Below, piece after piece: positions 62,576 through 64,000 of a DNA stretch of 64,000 nt (position 1 is the stretch's first letter; each line of letters opens with the position of its first letter). The notes under the pieces were generated by a model. That model was not told the DNA's origin and searched no databases. It saw only the letters and a list, made by a program, of their open reading frames with translations. Both the position numbers and the translations under genes were made by a program. The DNA is taken from assembly GCA_030704615.1 (NCBI GenBank), contig CM060734.1:57412001-57476000 (forward strand), given 5' to 3'. The DNA comes from Takakia lepidozioides (taxonomy: Eukaryota; Plantae; Bryophyta).

Positions 62576-64000
62576 TCAAACGGGAATGACACAAGTACAT
62601 GCAACATATTTTGCACGACTACAGCCGAACTTACTCACACTCAAAATCGGAGTCCACGTCGAGATCCTCCTCAGGCGCTTCGGCTCCTCCAGAAGTCCCT
62701 GTGTGGATGGGGCAGAAGTAGTGCCTGACTCAAGCTGACAAAGCTCGCTTGAGAAGAGCTCCGTATCAGCCTCCATGCCGAAGAAGTGCCTTCTGGCGCT
62801 CTTGCAAGCATGAAAAGATGCTCCTGCAAATCCAAGACGAACGAGAAATTAAAACAGGGCTTCCCTAAGGTCACTGCCCATATGTCAAACACAATGTGAA
62901 GGGCCCCACCTGTGCCCATAGACAAATCAACCACTCGTCCACCATGACGGCTGCATGTCTCCACCAAAGTCTGCATGAAAGCTGGAGATTTCTCCCGTGC
63001 ACCTCTCCAAGGGACATCAATCGACCTTTTCATAGTTCAACCCGAGTCGACGTAATTGAAGATAACATCATCCTCCACAGGCTCGCAGGTGGGGTCAATG
63101 TGAGCGGCAAGGTCCCTCAACTGGAACTCAGCAACACCAGGAGGAAGAGTGTCCTTCCGCCTCACCAAGCACAAAGCTTCGAACACCCGAGTCTGTCAAT
63201 AATCACGAAGAGAGCATGAGGCAAAAGACATAACCTACCTGTTGATTTACTGAAAAACCACGAAACTTTAATTGAAAGGAACCAACTCACTTTCTGCCCC
63301 GGGAACTCGCCCTTCGTAAGAGGCAGAGTATTGATGCATGTCCAAATTTTGATGACACGAAACCCGGAAGCTTTCATGTAGCTGAAAAGAGTTCTTCGCG
63401 CCAACGTGTCCTTTGACTGCATGAGAAGAAGAGCCCCCGAGTCAGAAAGGAATTTGTTGCTGAATGAGAAAGCCCACTGCCAGTAACGAGAATCCGATTT
63501 GTTCCAAGTCGGGGTCGAATTGGAAGGGAACACATCAGGGACAGGAAAACCGTCAGGAATGTCCAGCACCACAAGGTCAGTCGCGTATGCCTGCTGAACT
63601 CCATTCACCCAATCCGGACTTTTTGTGACCTACAGCAAAAAACAGGAGACAGTGTAAGAAGCCAAATCCAAATCCAGCACGAGATCAATACCCTGGACAA
63701 GTCAGAACAAGTGGCCAAACCAAAATCACTCATACAACAGTTAAGACATATGTGCTTACCTGAGTGAGGAACGAAACAAGCATGTCCCATGATTTCGAGG
63801 GCACCCCTTTGAATGTGGACTTCCTGGACTCCATCATTGCAAGAAAACTTTCATTCAGCACCTTATGATTGAACTGTCCCAAAACCCTGGAGGGATGTTC
63901 TCTCGCCTCGAAAGGCTGCTCCCTCGACTTTGATGTTCTCCTATCCGTCCTAGTTGGAGAAGGCTATCTTTCAGCGACCTCTGACGGTCCCTGTCCTTGC
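62576..64000 (-). pseudogene. Intron-containing beta-class amino (N4-cytosine/N6-adenine) DNA methyltransferase-like gene; runs off the window
   Basis: Spliced exons 64000-63760, 63629-63291, 63192-62910, 62823-~62630 give DLVVLDIPDG..FLSDSGALLL..PWRGAREKSPAFMQTLVETCSRHGGRVVDLSMGTGASFHACKSARRHFFGMEAD; stops at 63964-63966 and 63037-63039. Confidence 0.75.

Overview
Eukaryotic nuclear DNA from a land plant, with spliceosomal GT-AG introns, telo-boxes and plant gene families; a bryophyte- or lycophyte-like source is inferred. Apparently intact genes: two intronless HMA-domain genes in a tail-to-tail inverted duplication, an OPT oligopeptide transporter, PEX10, an intronless PELOTA, and an At5g45310-like coiled-coil membrane protein. 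The rest is heavily rearranged: a ~6 kb inverted OPT pseudogene copy, a third OPT fragment, and fragments of PELOTA, OEX1-like exonuclease, PHD-finger, PPR and SART-1 genes. Mobile DNA includes a MULE/SWIM transposase relic, two LINE families with short non-poly(A) 3' ends, tRNA-derived SINEs, nested MITEs, nested Ty3/gypsy pieces and a possible Penelope-like element. The most unusual item, at the right edge, is an intron-containing, prokaryote-type beta-class amino (N4-C/N6-A) DNA methyltransferase-like gene, inactivated in this copy. All calls come from reading the sequence by eye; no searches were run.
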